DNA of 64,000 bases from the NCBI RefSeq assembly GCF_009914755.1, contig NC_060929.1. One strand, given 5' to 3'. Source of the stretch: the human T2T-CHM13v2.0 reference genome, Homo sapiens. Positions 31,831 through 48,700 of the stretch are shown here, piece after piece (the first letter of the stretch is position 1; each line of letters begins with the position of its first letter). The notes below the pieces were generated by a model. The model was not told where the DNA came from, did no database searches, and saw only the letters and a program-made list of their open reading frames with translations. The position numbers and the translations under genes were made by a program.

Positions 31831-33067
31831 TTTCCAGCTTACATTCATTGTACAGATAGTAAGCATTATTGAAACAAAATAATTGCTTTCAGAGAGCTGG
31901 GTCTGTCGGAAAATCAGACAAGTTAACAGAGGAAGTGGGATACGCTTTCCATGTGTTTACTACTCTGAGTTCCTACTTTTTTCTTTTTTTATGTCCTGTG
32001 GAACATTCCCTGTTCAAACCAGACCTTTAGGCATTCTTTGCCTCAGGGAAGTGTTGTTACAGCAGAACACAGAAAGATGTAAGAGTCAAGTCTTGGCTTT
32101 TGAGTTTCAAAATATATTTGAAAACTCAAACTGCAGACAATAGCTTGAAAGAAAAGACTTTAGGATTCTAAGAGGTTAGGAATTTGGGACTCCAAAAGTC
32201 TTTGCCTTGAGGGAATAAGGGTCTAGAGAATATAATATCAGTCAGAGATTTTTTTCCGCCCCCATAAAACTTTGGAAAATTTGGAGCATTAAAAAATATT
32301 TTATTTTATATTTAAATATTTTATTTTCCAAATTTTTATGCTCCATAAAATGCTTCCTGGGCTGGTGGAAGACAGTTGGAGGGAAGGCAGTAGAAATGAG
32401 CACCTTAGAAACAGTCCCACGGTCTCAAGGCTGAGTTCTAGGAAGGATGTGTGAGGCAATGGATAGCATATCCAGGTAGGTTTGGGGACCACCTGGAGCA
32501 GAGGGTATCTGCACTTAACTTTCTGGGTAGAGCCTGAGAAGATGACAAGACCTTTGTTTATCCGGACAGTCCTTTGTTTATCCGGACACATAGGGGGAGT
32601 GGCAATGGGTATCTGGAGTATATATGTGTGTAAATTGCTTGGAATAGCACCCTACAATCCGTTATTCCTACAATTTTTGTGGGTTCCTATTTCCATTATA
32701 ATGACCACTACCTTCATTATTACATTTACTATTCTTTTTGTGGATCCTTAGACACAGCTGTGAGATTAGACTGGGGCATCATCTTGTCCTCTATTTGGGC
32801 CCGAGCCTTTCCTTGGAGCTGCCTTTAGAGTCAAAGGTGGCATCCCTCCTCTTGGGAGGAGGGCTGGCCAGATGGAGGACAGGCTCTGAGGACCTAAGAC
32901 TGTCCTGGTCACTTTGCAGTGAAGACAGAGAGTGCTTTACCAGGGAGGCCTCTTGCGAGCAATAGGAAGCATAGCTGGAAGACAGCAGACTGCCTCAGGA
33001 GAAATGACACTGCTGGCTCCGTGTGGATACTCCACTAAGGGCTTATGCTGATTATTAGGCAACAGGG

Positions 33068-33665
33068 TGTCAGAGAAAAGAGTCAAACTCTGTAAAGCAT
33101 TTGAAGAGACTTATTCTGAGCCAAATATCAGTGACCATGGCCCATGACACAGCCCTCAGGAGACCCTGAGAACATGTGCCCATGGTGGTTAGGGTGTGGC
33201 TTGGTTTTATACATTTTAGGGAGACACGAGACATCAGTCAAATACATTTAAGTATACATTGGTTCAGTCCAGAAAGGTGGGACAACTTGAAGCAGTTGGG
33301 TGGGGGGCAAGGGGAAAAAGATATCCAGGTTATAGGTAGATTTAAAATTTTTCTAATTGGCAACTGGTTGAAAGAGTTATCAATAGAAATAAACATCTGG
33401 ATTGTGAAAAGAGGTTGTGGAGACCAAAGTTTTATCATGCTGATGAAACCTCCAGGTAGCAGGATTCAGAGAGAATAGATTGTAAATGTTTCTTGTCAGT
33501 CTGTGTTGATGTTCGAGTTGGAGGGGTATAATGAGGCATGTCTGACCCCCACTTCCTGTCATGGCTTGAACCAGTCTTTCAGGTTAAATTTTAAAGTGCC
33601 TTGGCCAAGGAGGGTGTCCATTCAGATGGTTGTAGGGACACTTTGAATTTTATTTTTGGTTTACA
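33068..33665 (-). mobile_element. MER4A-like solo LTR
   Basis: TG...CA termini (TGTCAGAG ... TTTTGGTTTACA); AGGG/AGGA flanks. Confidence 0.8.
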
Positions 33666-33879
33666 AGGATCTGGCCTGAGACCCTGCCTGAAAGGAACCA
33701 GATGTAGGTTAGTCAGTCCCATGTCTGGGGCCAACTCAGACAATCTGCAGCACCAGAGGTTCTTACAAGACACAGCCTCAGGTATCTGAGGGACTTTATG
33801 GGGAGGTAGGTACTAAGTGAGGTCTGAGACAAACTTTCCAAGATACAGTTCTCCAAAACTTGGGTTGAGAGGCCAGGAT

Positions 33880-34340
33880 GGCAAAAGAGCCAAGGGCATG
33901 GGCTTTGATGCCAGACACACCTGGATTTACCTCCTGACTATGACATTTATCAACCATGTGATCTGGTGAGTTACTTTCCTGAGTCTCAGTTTCCCTGGCT
34001 ATAGGCCAGAAATGATTTTAAACTGCCTGCCTTTTGAAACTTTGGTGAGAATAGTGCTTGGCATAAAGTAAGTGCAAATTAAACAGTACCTAACATGATA
34101 CAGTCATCTAACAAACACTTATGTGATTCTTACTATGTATCAGGCACTTTTCTAAGCACTTTGCAGATATTACCTCATTTAATCTTCTAAGCAAACTTAT
34201 GAGGTAGGTAATTGGATTGTCTTTGTTTTCTGTAGGTAGAAACTGAGGCACAGAGAGGTGAAATAATTTGTTCAAGAACCCCACAGCTAGCAAGTGGATT
34301 CAAACCCAGGCATTCTGGCTCCATATTAGTCTATGCAGCC
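33880..34340. mobile_element. MIR SINE cluster (many other MIR and L2 fragments in the window are not listed)
   Basis: MIR core GAAACTGAGGCACAGAGAGG and its antisense CTGAGTCTCAGTTTCC. Confidence 0.7.
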
Positions 34341-35517
34341 TCATGATCATAATGATGTTCTATAAATGACAATGGCAAGGGCCGTGAGGAGGTATAAATA
34401 TAATGCAAAAGGCCCCACATCCCTAGCCAAAATGTTGCTAGCATTTACTGTGGCAAGTCTTGTGTTCCTTTAGGGACAGAATTAATCCACATTTCTGTGA
34501 TCAAATACATGATCCCCTGCAGACCTAGCTACCCCTGCCCCTGATTTCTTTTTAAGAAACTATTTTTCTTGAATGGTGGTTCAGAAAACAGAACACCATG
34601 GGCTTGGTTTGTGCATTTCACCTTGTTTTCAAACTTATTTGCTTGTGGGTTGCATGGACGGAGGCTTAAAATCCCCTCCTCCACAGTTAGAGCTCCTGTG
34701 GGCCTGGGACAGTGAGAAAGCCCAAGTCTATAAAACAGAGACCACTTCAATTCCTGCAACCAAGTGTCTGCTTGTTCCTGAGCTGAGCGTCCACCTCTGT
34801 GGCTATATACCTCCTTGGGCACGGGACATTATCCTCGTCATGGCACTTAGCAGAGCAGTTTGAAATGATCTACTTGTGTGGTGAAATGAGGTGTTTCTTT
34901 CAATGAAAATCTCTTGCAAGAAACACAGTCACAGTGAGAAAGGACTATGCTTCCCAGGGGTTCCTCTCTGGGCAGAGAGGGAGGACTGGGTCATGGAGTT
35001 GCTGGGCTCCCCAGCCTTCCCAGAATGGTCCGGGAGTAGGCTTGGTTCTAGCAGGCACTTGTGGTAGGAAAATAATGTTGCATGTTCAGGGATGAGAGAA
35101 GGAAGAATATCTTTTATAGGTAGGGTGCCAAAGAAGGCTTGGGGACAGAGTTGGGTACAAGGACAGCCCTAGAGCCTTGGGCACAAGTTGGGAGAGAGAG
35201 ATATAAGAAAAGGAGATTAAAAAATAAAAAAGAATGTGAGTAATGAACTGAATCCTCTTTGATATTTTCTGAAAGATATAAATGGAGATTAGAATTATGT
35301 TTTAATTACTTTTAGTCATTGGACTTATTTCTTTGAACTCACCACTTAATCAAGACAGGCCTGCATGGGGGTCCCAGGATTTATTTTGGTTACATGTTTC
35401 TCTTTTCCACTATGTTGTAAAATTCTCAAGGGCAGTAACTTTGTCCTTTCCATCTCCATGTCTTTGATGCCTAGACTGGGGCCCAGCACAGAGTGGTGCA
35501 TTTGTATTAGGTGGAGC

Positions 35518-35622
35518 TAGGGTGATCAGCTCATCTTGGTCTGTCTGTCATTTTACTGCATTTAGCCCTGAAAGTTCCCCAAAGTCCTAAATCCCAGGCA
35601 AACTGGAATAGTTGACACCCTA
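35518..35622. mobile_element. MER81-like hAT MITE
   Basis: TIRs TAGGGTG...CACCCTA, ~105 bp. Confidence 0.6.
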
Positions 35623-36691
35623 GGATGAATCAACAAATCCTGACTTGCTTTCTTGCCTTTAGCGAGCAAGAGCTTGTGCAAGACTAAGTGGATGGCTCAG
35701 TAGAAATCTAGCCCCACCTCTGGTCAAAGCCTCCAGCAGGGAGTCTACTGGAGGCACCATCAGTGGGAATGCTGTTGTTTTCCTGTATGGCTCAATCTCA
35801 CTTGGTAATAAATTTGTAATGAGGCCATTCCAGCTCCAGGCCCAGCCCAGCAATTTCTTGAAAGGCCCTCACTATGTTTCCCACAGAATCCAGCAGCTGG
35901 TGGGCACTCATCACTGCTTTCTCAGCTATGCCAGAGGCCCACAAGGATGGCCCTTTCATTCTGGAGAAAACTGGCTCCCTCTCAGTGTAATATGAAACAA
36001 CTTTTTGGGGGTATCAGGACATTAAAGGAAAAAGAAAAAAACTTAAAATCCAAGATGAAAGATTTTATTGAGTGTCCACCAGTCTCAGAGTCTAACAGAA
36101 CTTAAATTTCAAACTGGTGGGGTAGCTTGTCTGTCCAAAGTCTTGGGGAGAATCCCAAATGGCCCTGAGCCAAAGGAAATGACATATGTATAAAGGAATT
36201 GACTATTTACCAGGGGGCAAAAAATCAGGATGTAAATAAATATACAAGATAAGATGAGATACGTGCTACAGGAGAGGTTCAGATGTATGCTTATGAAGGT
36301 TCAGAGAAAGACAGATACATACTTCATAGAAGATGGACATTGAGCTAGTCTTAAAGGATGGTTAAGAATGGCCCAAGTAGAGTTGGGAGCATTGGCGTTT
36401 ATTCTAGGCAAGATAGTACAGGAATAAAGTCATGGAGGCAAAAAAATAACAGGGGACCAGTTCAGTAAGAGCACAGGATTCATGAGCCAAAATGAGGCTC
36501 AAAAAGAGGGTGGGACCAGGTAGATGAGGGTCTCATCTGCCAAGCGTGCCAAAGCATTTGGCATGTAACAGGGAATCATTGAAGATGCTAGGGAAGGAGG
36601 GAGCTGATGTGCTGAGGACCTTAGTTAACCATTTGAAACCATTAGAGGTCAGTAGATGGAAGAAGAGAATTGAGAGTTAAGAAGGAGGGGA

Positions 36692-37999
<1,308 letters not shown>

Positions 38000-38383
38000 A
38001 AGAAGGAGGGGAGACTGACTCCATCATCAACATCCAAGTGCTCTGTTGGGTTTGCCTTCCAATCCAAACTGTCCCAAGTTTGAAGCTCCTCCTCTCCCCA
38101 GCACTCTATTCCTCTCAAGGTTGACATTTTTATTTGCATGAAGCCTGATGATAGCACTCCTTTTCCCTCAGGAAAAAATCCACACTGCTTAGCTAACATC
38201 CTTTGGACCTCACTTCTACCTACTTCTGCACCTCATTTCTGGCACTTTCTCCTCAGTCTCTATGCTCTTGCCATTGTTGATTTTTTAAAAAAATATTTTT
38301 TTGCTTCTCAAACCCTCTGCTTCTTTTACCTCTGGGCCTTGGAATGTGCTGTTTCCTGATCTGGAACTTCTTCTTCCTTTTCT

Positions 38384-38516
38384 TTTTCTTTTTCTTTTTC
38401 TTTTTTCTTTTTTCTTTTTTTTTTTTTTTTGAGACAGAGTCTCGCTCTGTTGCCCAGGCTGGAGTGCAGTGGCACGATCTTGGCTAACCGCAACCTCTGC
38501 CTCCCAGGTTTAAGTG
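38384..38516 (-). mobile_element. 5'-truncated Alu
   Basis: Poly-T plus ~85 bp of the Alu 3' end; TCTTCCTTTTCTTT on both flanks. Confidence 0.88.
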
Positions 38517-40214
38517 TCCTCTTCCTTTTCTTTACCTGTTAGACTACTCCTCAGTATAAGTGGCTTCCTCCAGGTAGCCTTCCCTGACTGCCTCTTCCAT
38601 TAAGATTAGACCTGCTGCAATATATTCCACTAGAATCCTGTGTTTATCCTTTGGCAACCTGTTTGCATGCACACTGCATGTACTCTTCTCTGTACCGTGA
38701 GACTCTTGTGGACATGGACCTTGTCTGAGATGCTCTCCTCTGAGTCAGTGTACCCAAGTGGGAGGAGTAGGGTGCCTTGTGTGAATGACAGGACAACTTT
38801 GGAACATGTCATCTCTCAGAAGTCTATTGAATCACCTGGAAATGAGTTTGCCAAAGATGATTACGATTTGAACAGAAGACTTGGCTAAGCATGAGCTGCA
38901 AATGGATGACAGAGATGTGAAAAAAGAACAGCCAATTTATCAGAGGGAGCTTAGAGTCCAAAATTCAGATTACTAGCAGGTATAAGATTAAAAGCTCCGT
39001 TGACATCTGTCTTTGGCTGGTCCAGTATTATTCATTCATTTTCTGGTGATGGAAAAAGCAAGTGTTGCTTATGGGGACTCTGCCTATTATATAAACATGC
39101 TATTTTTATTTCCTTCTTTAGGCACAAGATGGAAAGGGTCCAAGGAGTTTACCAGCTACTCAGCTAAGTTCTAGAAGAAAAAAAAAAAAAAAGCAGCCAC
39201 ATAGAAGGTCTTTGGGCAGAAAAGAACCTTCAGAAAGAGCCAGAATCCATGGTTTTACACCTGGCTCTGTAGCATCCCATGACCTTGAGTAGTCTTGTCT
39301 CTGTGTGTGCTAATAATATTCATTGTGTGTGCTAGTCATCTCACATGTTTTATCTTATTTATTATTTAAAAAGAAAATATGTCGACAAGTAACATCCCCC
39401 TACTTCATAGATGATGAACCCATGGTTAAGTGACTCTCCAGTCAGGGTTTGGGCCCATTGTCACAGAAATAGTATAAAAAGATAAGGCTTCAAACTCAAG
39501 TCCATTTGCATCTACAGTTGAACTCTTAATGACTACACAATATTTCTCTTGGCTTCTTTGTCTGTTAAATGAGGTTTCTTCCAGCACTATCATCCTCAGA
39601 TACATGAGGACAAACTGATTATCCAAATTTTTAGCCATACTCACAGATGGGAGCCCTATCAGAAAATAAAATACTACACTCACACATTTTAAGTTGGATA
39701 TTTAATGTAAAAGTCTTGGAAAAACACCTTTATTTCTTTTTCCAAGCACATCTAATATTTAATCTTTTTGCATATCATTACTGTGTCTGATGAAAAAAGG
39801 AGTCAGTTATGTTGTTCTGAGATGGCTTAATGAAGTCATGCAATAGGCACCTTGAAAATGAAAAGGCAATGTGTGGGAAAGTAGAGTGAAATTCTTCAAA
39901 GATGATGAAAGATGATACCCACCCCACCCCTTGCAAAAGGACTGATCTTCTGGATGGAAAACACTACTTCTCTGGTGTTCACTGAGGATTCTCCATGGCT
40001 GTGTCAATGCTAAGCAAGCTGGGAATATTCTCTTTTTTTGTTTTTGTTTTTGTTTTTCTTGTGTGGCATCCAGAAAACCTAAAAGGATAACTCTAACTCT
40101 CTAAGCCCAGTAGAGTGGGATGATTAAAGCACAGATTCTGAAGTCTGACAGCCAGGGGTTCTGCTCTCACATTCTGTGTATTGGCTCTCAGAATCAGCCC
40201 TGTCCTACTAGACC

Positions 40215-41345
<1,131 letters not shown>

Positions 41346-41359
41346 CCCCATAGCCCTCT

Positions 41360-41770
41360 GTACCACAAGGGTTGAAAGTGTATAAACTACATTTTCCAGA
41401 CCTTCTTGTTAGCAGAGATCTGGTTTGGGCTCTTCCCATGGGACAATGCTTGGGCACTTAGGGGCAGACAGGGAGGAATGAACTTCTTCATTCAGTCCTG
41501 GCAGCAGTGGCACCAGCAGATGGCTGCACACCCATGAAGGCAGCAGTGGAGGCTTATGGCCTCCTGCAGCAGCCACCTGGGCAGCACAGGGGCTGAGGGG
41601 CATGGAACAGAAAAGTGCAGGCTCTGGGGTGGGCAGTGATTTCCTATAGTTCTCATCTGTGGATCATACCATGACTCTCTTTTGCTTCTCCAGCCCTCTT
41701 GACAATTTTGTAACTTAATTCTGTGTACTAAATCTCTCTCTACTTGAAGTGTCTAGAGTGGTTTCTGCCT
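41360..41770 (+). mobile_element. Old ERVL LTR (LTR33-like)
   Basis: AAACTACATTTTCCAGA..CTTG and AAATCTCTCTCTACTTGAA..CTAGAGTGGTTTCTG. Confidence 0.5.
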
Positions 41771-44700
41771 TTAAGATTAAATTATGGGCTCAAGAAAATC
41801 CCTAAACCCCAACTCTATCTCTTCCTAGTTCTGGTACTTGGATAAGTTAATGGACCTTTGCCTTATTCACATAATACCTAGCTCAAAGGTTTGTTGTACA
41901 AACTTAATGCTGCAGTACATATGAAGTATTTGACACATAGAAAGGTTTCTTCCAGTATTAGCCAGGAATCTTTGGCCTGATCAACTATATTTATGTTGGG
42001 ATGGCATTTCAGAGAAAGCAGATTCGTTTTCTGCAATTGGTATGGGAATCTGAAATGGCTTGAAGTGTCCCTTGGATACAGTTAACTGGATCATTTTATT
42101 TATTTATAAGGACAGTTTTAAAAAATGATGAAAAATGCCATTAGAAAAATAATTAAAGCTCCTATGATTGGTGTTGCTCCATTGCTTTTGCTAATCTCAA
42201 CTGTGATTCCTTGAGCAATTATGCTATAATGGCCCATGATCAGCCTAAGCTCTAGCGGAGTTGTACATAATAATGACCCTATATTTCCAAGTCTCCTTAG
42301 AAACAAGTCATTATGGATGATCTCTCCCTCATTCCATTTTAAGTAGGAATAAACGATAATACTAAACCTCAGGGCAAATTGCCTTCGCCAAATTCTGAAG
42401 ACAGACTATTGAACCAGACTATGAAGAACCTGTGAAATATCTCAGTTGAATTCTTTGGATAATTCTACAGATTTTCAAAATTTTTTTGTGGGCAAAAGAT
42501 TTGTCAGAATGAAAGATATTTTATGTTGGGGGGCAATAGTGCCCATCACAAACTAGGAAGTGAAGAAGGTAAGACAGTCCCTCCAGAGGAAAATGTTACA
42601 ATCAATGCAGCCTGGTCATAACAGAGACAGATTGAGACCTGAAGGAGAAACAATGATTTTCCATTCAGAAAGACTGTCTTGAATGTTTGATTTATTAAAA
42701 AGGAAAGAAAAGCAGAGGAGAGAGGCAAAAAGATGCACAAACAGTGTTCATCTGACCAGAATGAAAGAAGCTTTCCACACCAGACTCACGCTATCCTGGC
42801 CCCATCGTAAAACCTGCCCCATACCATAGAAATGGGGCAACAGGCTTTCTTGGCTGGTGTCTTTAAACACTGGATTTATTCCCATGTGCAGACCCCACAC
42901 TCACCCAGCAACACTACTATGATGATGTGGTTCTCCCAGGTGGTTCTGCCTACAGAGGTAGTAAGGGATGATCATAAAAGTAACATCAACAGCAATCGCT
43001 GATATTTGTTGAGTGCTTCCTATGTGCCAGGAACTGTTCTAATGTATGGTCTTATTTAGTCCTCATAATAACCCTACAAGGAAGATTCTATTAATAGCTC
43101 CATTTTACAGGTGATGAAACTGAGGCACAGAGAGGTTATGTAACAAAACTGAAACCCCGCAGCTTGATCCCAGAGTTTATTAACAATTGGGACAATGAAG
43201 GGAGCCCCTGATATGGGCCCAGTTGCATTTTCTCTTATCCATGTGCTTTAAGGCTTTGATCTCAAATTGCTTTATTCTTTTTCATGCTTTAGCATGTATG
43301 CTGACACTAAATCGCCAAATTTGAGTGATGAAAGTCGATTTTATTTTCTTGAAATACAGATTACATTTCAGTTGGCTGCTTCAGAAATCCATTTAGTCAG
43401 TGGAATTGACAAGTGGAGGAAGCCCATACAGACTGTATTTTGAAATTCCTTATCTGTAATTCCAAAAGCAAATCTAACAGGCTTATTTTTATCTCTAATT
43501 AAGGTCTACTTTTATCTACTTCACATGACTTCCTTTAGCTCTGTCTTACCTTAGATGAAGTCACCTCTTTTATAGAACAACCTTCCATCTTTGTAGCCAT
43601 GGATCTTGTGTCTGTCAAACTGTAGAGGCTAAACTCTTGGGCCAAGCAGTGTACTCAGTGTGCTCCTATTGTAAGAAATCGTTTAGGCCTAACAGCTCCA
43701 AGGATGAGCAGACCTTTAACACATACTCCTACTCAGCATCCTGGATTCCTGAAGATGCATAGAACTGTTAGCTGCTCACTTGGGAGCAGGCAGAGCTGGG
43801 GCATGCCATCAAGCAAGAATGAGGGACGATGGTATCCACAACCAAAGCCATTTGCTATGAGATATTTGCAAAATAGCTGGAAAGCTCAACTTGATTTCTT
43901 TGTCCATTTTTAAAGGTTAGAAATGATATTGTTCCAAGTCAATTTAAATACCTGGCAAGCATACTATTAACAAGGAAAGGATAATGCCTTGGGTCCCACA
44001 GTGGTAAACCTGACACAAATAATAACACTTGTCCCTAACTGTTCTGAAAAGACTGGAGTGGCTTAACACTCAGAAGAAAGAGTGTGAGCCAGGGATGAGA
44101 TGAAGGAGCAGAGGGAATGAGCGAGAAAATGTCACGTCCATCCACTAAGTGGTCTAAAGAAAACACAAGCTGCCTCATCACAGTGGCACTTTTGTGGTAA
44201 AAAGCCTCTGAATTCCCAACAGGGTTTTAAAGTTCAGTTCCATTAAATCAACTTCTATTCAGTAGAATTCCATGCCCACCAAATAACCCAAGAGAACCTT
44301 ACGTGTTCACAATTGTGGGATTTTATCCTATCATAAATGTTCTAAATAATTTGTCCACATAGGGTAAGGTGTACACTCCTGAGAATTGAACTCAATTTTC
44401 AGATATTGAAGTCTTTTGTCTTTGTCTCCACTCTAACATGTTTTTAATGTCAGCATGCATTTCAGTGGACTTGAAAATTCTCATTTTATAGCTCAACATC
44501 AGAGATCAAGAACAATGCAGTGATTTATTTGAGTGGGGCTGTAGCTATGTAATTAATTTTGAAGGCGCTTATACTCATCTCAGACAAGGATATCATATCT
44601 TTGGAAATTTTGTTGTTGTAGTTTTACTTTTCATTAGTTTGTTTGCTTTTTGCTAACTGGAACTAAAAGCAAGTTAGTCTGAAAATACCCATTAGCTTAT

Positions 44701-44899
44701 GTCTTGGAAGCAATGGACACCTGGCAAGAAAGGACACCAGAAAGGGAGCACGTAAATGCCACGTTTTAATTCAGGAGGCTGTGTGGAGAGTAATTAGGGA
44801 ACATTGATGAAGAAGTGCACTTGTAATATATGAGTAACAATATGGGAGTTGCCTCTTTCTGCCAAGTAACACCAAAGATGCCTGCATTATTTAATGAAT

Positions 44900-45220
44900 T
44901 CAAACTTTGCTGCTTAAAACAACACACATTTAACGTTCACAGTTTTTGTGGGTAAAGAATCCAAGAGCAACTTAGCTGGGTGGTTCTGACTTGGAAACTC
45001 TCAAGTCAAGCTGTTGACCGGGGCTGCAGTCTCTGAGGCTTGACTAGGCTGAAGATTCCTTTTCCGAGCTCATTCATGTGACTTTGCAAGAACCTTCAAT
45101 TTCTCACCATGTGGGCCTGCGAGTCACTCAGTTTAGCCTGCAATCAGAAGGAGGGGAGTTAAACTTCACCTCTTGAAAGCTGGAATATCAAATCATTTGG
45201 ACATATTTTTAAAGCCAAGG
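44900..45220 (-). mobile_element. MLT1 MaLR LTR fragment
   Basis: GCTTAAAACAACACACATTTA..CACAGTTTTTGTGGGT..CTTAGCTGGGTGGTTCTG. Confidence 0.65.
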
Positions 45221-45467
45221 CAGTGTCTAAGCTTAAAGTAAACTTCAAAAAAAATGTGAAGCATAAGTGCTCAAGAGGCTCCGACAGTCCAGGAGAGACA
45301 GTCCAGGAAAGGAGAGAAGCTGTCTGGACCTGTGTAGACAGCGTAGGGTCAGTGTGGGCACAAGCTGTCCTCATGGATAAAAGAAGAGTCAAAGCAACAG
45401 TCAGAGTCCTGATGAGAGAGGAAAAGTTCCAAAGCAGAAGGAGCTGAGATCAGAAAAGACAGGGAAG

Positions 45468-45788
45468 TCCAGGCACGTTATCTCATGCCTGTGATCCCAG
45501 CACTTTGGGAGGCCAAAGAGGCAGGATCACTAGAGGCCAGGAGTTTGAAACTAGCGTAGGCAACATAGTGAAACTTAATCTCTACAAAAAATTTTAAAAA
45601 GTTAACCAGGCATGGTGGCTCATGCCTGTAGGTCCCAGCTACTCAGGAGGCTGAGATGGGAGAATCATCTGAGACCAGGAGGTCAAGGCTGCAATGAGCA
45701 GAGATTGCACCATTGTACTGCAGCCTGGGTGACAGAGCAAGGGTCTGTCTCCAAAAAAAAAAAACAAAAAACAAAAAAAAACAGAAAA
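45468..45788 (+). mobile_element. AluJ
   Basis: Diverged dimer with GGTCAAGGCTGCA (J-type). Confidence 0.9.
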
Positions 45789-48700
45789 GACAGGAGACAG
45801 CTGTGATGGAGTGGTCAGTGAGCAGGGTCTGCCAAGGCGAGGAGGTAGACAGTGCAGGCCTGGCTCACAGGCCAGTGTCGGGGTCAGAGGAGCTGGAGGC
45901 TGATCTGTATACCTGGGAGGCTGCAAGAGAGGGGAAAGGGTTCTGGAGGCACAATGTGGCTCAGCCACTTACCTGCTCTGAGGCTTGTGGAAAATTATTA
46001 ATTTGCCATTTTTGTTGGATGATGATGAATATTGACAGATTCATGTGGTTCATCTGAATATTTTGCCTCCTTGAACCTTGGTTTCTTTAGTGCTGAGATG
46101 GAGATGATAGCATGTACCCCGAAGTGTTGACATTGAGATTAGAGATAACACGTGCCAAGGGCCTAGTCCCATGTCTGGGAATTGGGAGACACAATAAATG
46201 GTAGTCCCTTTTGTTACCAGGTTGGCCAAGGTGGGCACAATGGCTGAGACATCACAAGAAGGAACTCGGGATCACTTAGCTTAAGAAACAAAGAACCATA
46301 TTCATTCCTGACCCTCTCTAATTCACTTAAGCAGCCTCCCTTCCTATCTGGGCCTCTGAGTTCCCATTTTAAAAATGAAGAGATTGGCCTTAGAAAAACT
46401 CTAATGGCCAATGAAGCTGGGAGATAAATGAAACAAAATACTCACCCCCCTACACGGTATAAATTGCTGTATTTTCACTAGGAAAGTGGAGCATCAAGCT
46501 GATGAAATAAGTAATGGTAATTCTAGCCCTACATTTTGTTATTAAGGTTAAGTTGTCTCTGTGTGTGTGTGCATGGGGAAGTGGGGGAAAGGGGTATATG
46601 TGAACGTGTAGTGTGTGTGTGCCTGTATTATGTTGTGTGCATGTGTCCTGTTAGGTGTCTGGCTGAGTCTTTGGGTGTATCTGTGTTTCTCTGTCTTTGT
46701 CTATGGGTAGAGGGATGAGGGAAGAAGTGAAGGTAGTAGCCAGAGGGGAGAGACCATGAATATTTACTGTGCTTCTCTCAGTGCCAGGGGCTCGGGATCT
46801 AGCAGTCACAGGTGGGGGTCTCTGTCTTTGTGGGACTGTTGCTTTAGTAGGTCCAACACTGCTTCATTCTGCACTCTCAGAAACAGAGTGACCCTCGGTT
46901 TCTGAGTTGGAGAATGGAGTTTCCAGAGCCTTGGAAATAATATAAGGCCCATATTGCAAATGTTTATCTTGCAGTCAGAAGCTGCAGGCCCCTGAGGAGG
47001 TCAGTGTGGATTATTCCTCTTACTGGGAGTTCTACTAGAGAAGCCTCATCTCTGGGTAGGACTAGGGGCTGCAATGATTGATGTGGCATAGGAGCAGGGG
47101 GCAGCTGGCCTTGAGCTTGCGTGTAGAGCAATTAACATTTTTATTGCTCCCCCACCCCTGACCCCTTCAGAAAACAACACTTGGCTAAAAGCCGAGCTTT
47201 CCAATTATGCCATCTATAAATTTAGTGACATTGGCAAGAGAAGCAAAGAAAGAGAGTGTTTGCTTTGGCTCAGGGCTGATTTCCATCCTCTCACTCTGTC
47301 CCTCCTGCTGAGAGCTTCCCCATGGAGCATTTGAGGAAAGATAGGAAATAATCATTCAATGGTTACAATGGAGATTGTTGGTTTACGGAGCTAACATATG
47401 CTCCCATATGTACTTTCTTTATTGGAAGATTATACCTCATCAACTCATTTCCTTGTCAACCCAGGCAGAAACTAAAGTGCACCCAGATCTCATCAATAAA
47501 AGGGGCAAAATTAAATTCATCAAAGAAATGGATGAAACAGGGTCTGAAAGCACATGCCCAGGATCGTGGCTATGCTTGCACTAAGGCGAATATTCTGGCT
47601 ACACTGGAAGTTGCTTTCCTTGAAGATGTCTTCTGATATTTATCTCAGTAAGGGTTTCTGCAGCTTTGTCTGTGTATCTCTTATATTCTAAGTTCCTTGA
47701 GCCTGGGACTGCATGTATATGTTACCCAGGAGGGCTTAAGAAATTCAAGAGCTCTCTGGATGAATGGACATGTTGGAGAGTGGGCATGCTTGGGTCAGGG
47801 CTTGTTGTGTGCCAGGCACTGTGCTCAGTTCACCATATAGGTGAGGATCCATGTAGGATCTCAACTCTTCCCGAGGCAGCAACCAATGTAAGTTGTGGCT
47901 CACAGAGAATCAGTAGAGAGGAGTAAGAGAATGAGCAGCTCTCATCCTCCCTTTGAAGAGGGTCCTAAGGCATGCAGTCCCAACAGCTGGCAGAAGGGAT
48001 GCCCCAGCGGCCAGCCATCTTCTTCGCCATCCTGGTTGTTGAGTTCTGAACCTTATCGTTAAACAATAGTCAATTCCACCAACAGATGTCATGCCCTGAG
48101 ATAGAAATGGGTACTAAAATGAGAAGCAGGAGGCCAGTGAGTGTGGGCACATTTTGGATGACTGCACAGGGCAGACATAGTAGCTCTACCCTCCAGGCTG
48201 GTGTGTCATCTATGTCTGGGGGGCATGGAGCTTAATGCCCACTGGGCATCAGGCACAAGTTGGTGTATCTGTTAGATCAGGAAGTGAGCCAGCCGAAATT
48301 CTCATTGCACCAGGCACTAAGGAGCCTCCTGGAGAGAACTTATCCTAACGGCAGAGGAACCAGGCAGGGCAAACTTGAGAAGTGTCAAGTGTTATCCAAT
48401 GAAAAGACCTTCTTCCTTGTTTATCTCTGATCTTGTGCTCTGTCTGATGGATGACTGAGGTCTGTGGTGAGCAGGCTGCTGGAGGGGGCTCTAAGGGAAG
48501 TGACCAAGGAACATTGCTTCTGGGCCCCTCTGAGAGCATAGGAACCCCGCCTCCAAGAGCATATAAACCATGCCACTCCCCACACACCTCTTCATGATCT
48601 TTTGCGATTTTGAGCACCCAGGGACCTCTCAGAGAGCAGCAGCATCTGGGTTTGGCACTGGGGCCTTCAGAGCCACTGATATGTCCAGTAGTATGGTGCT

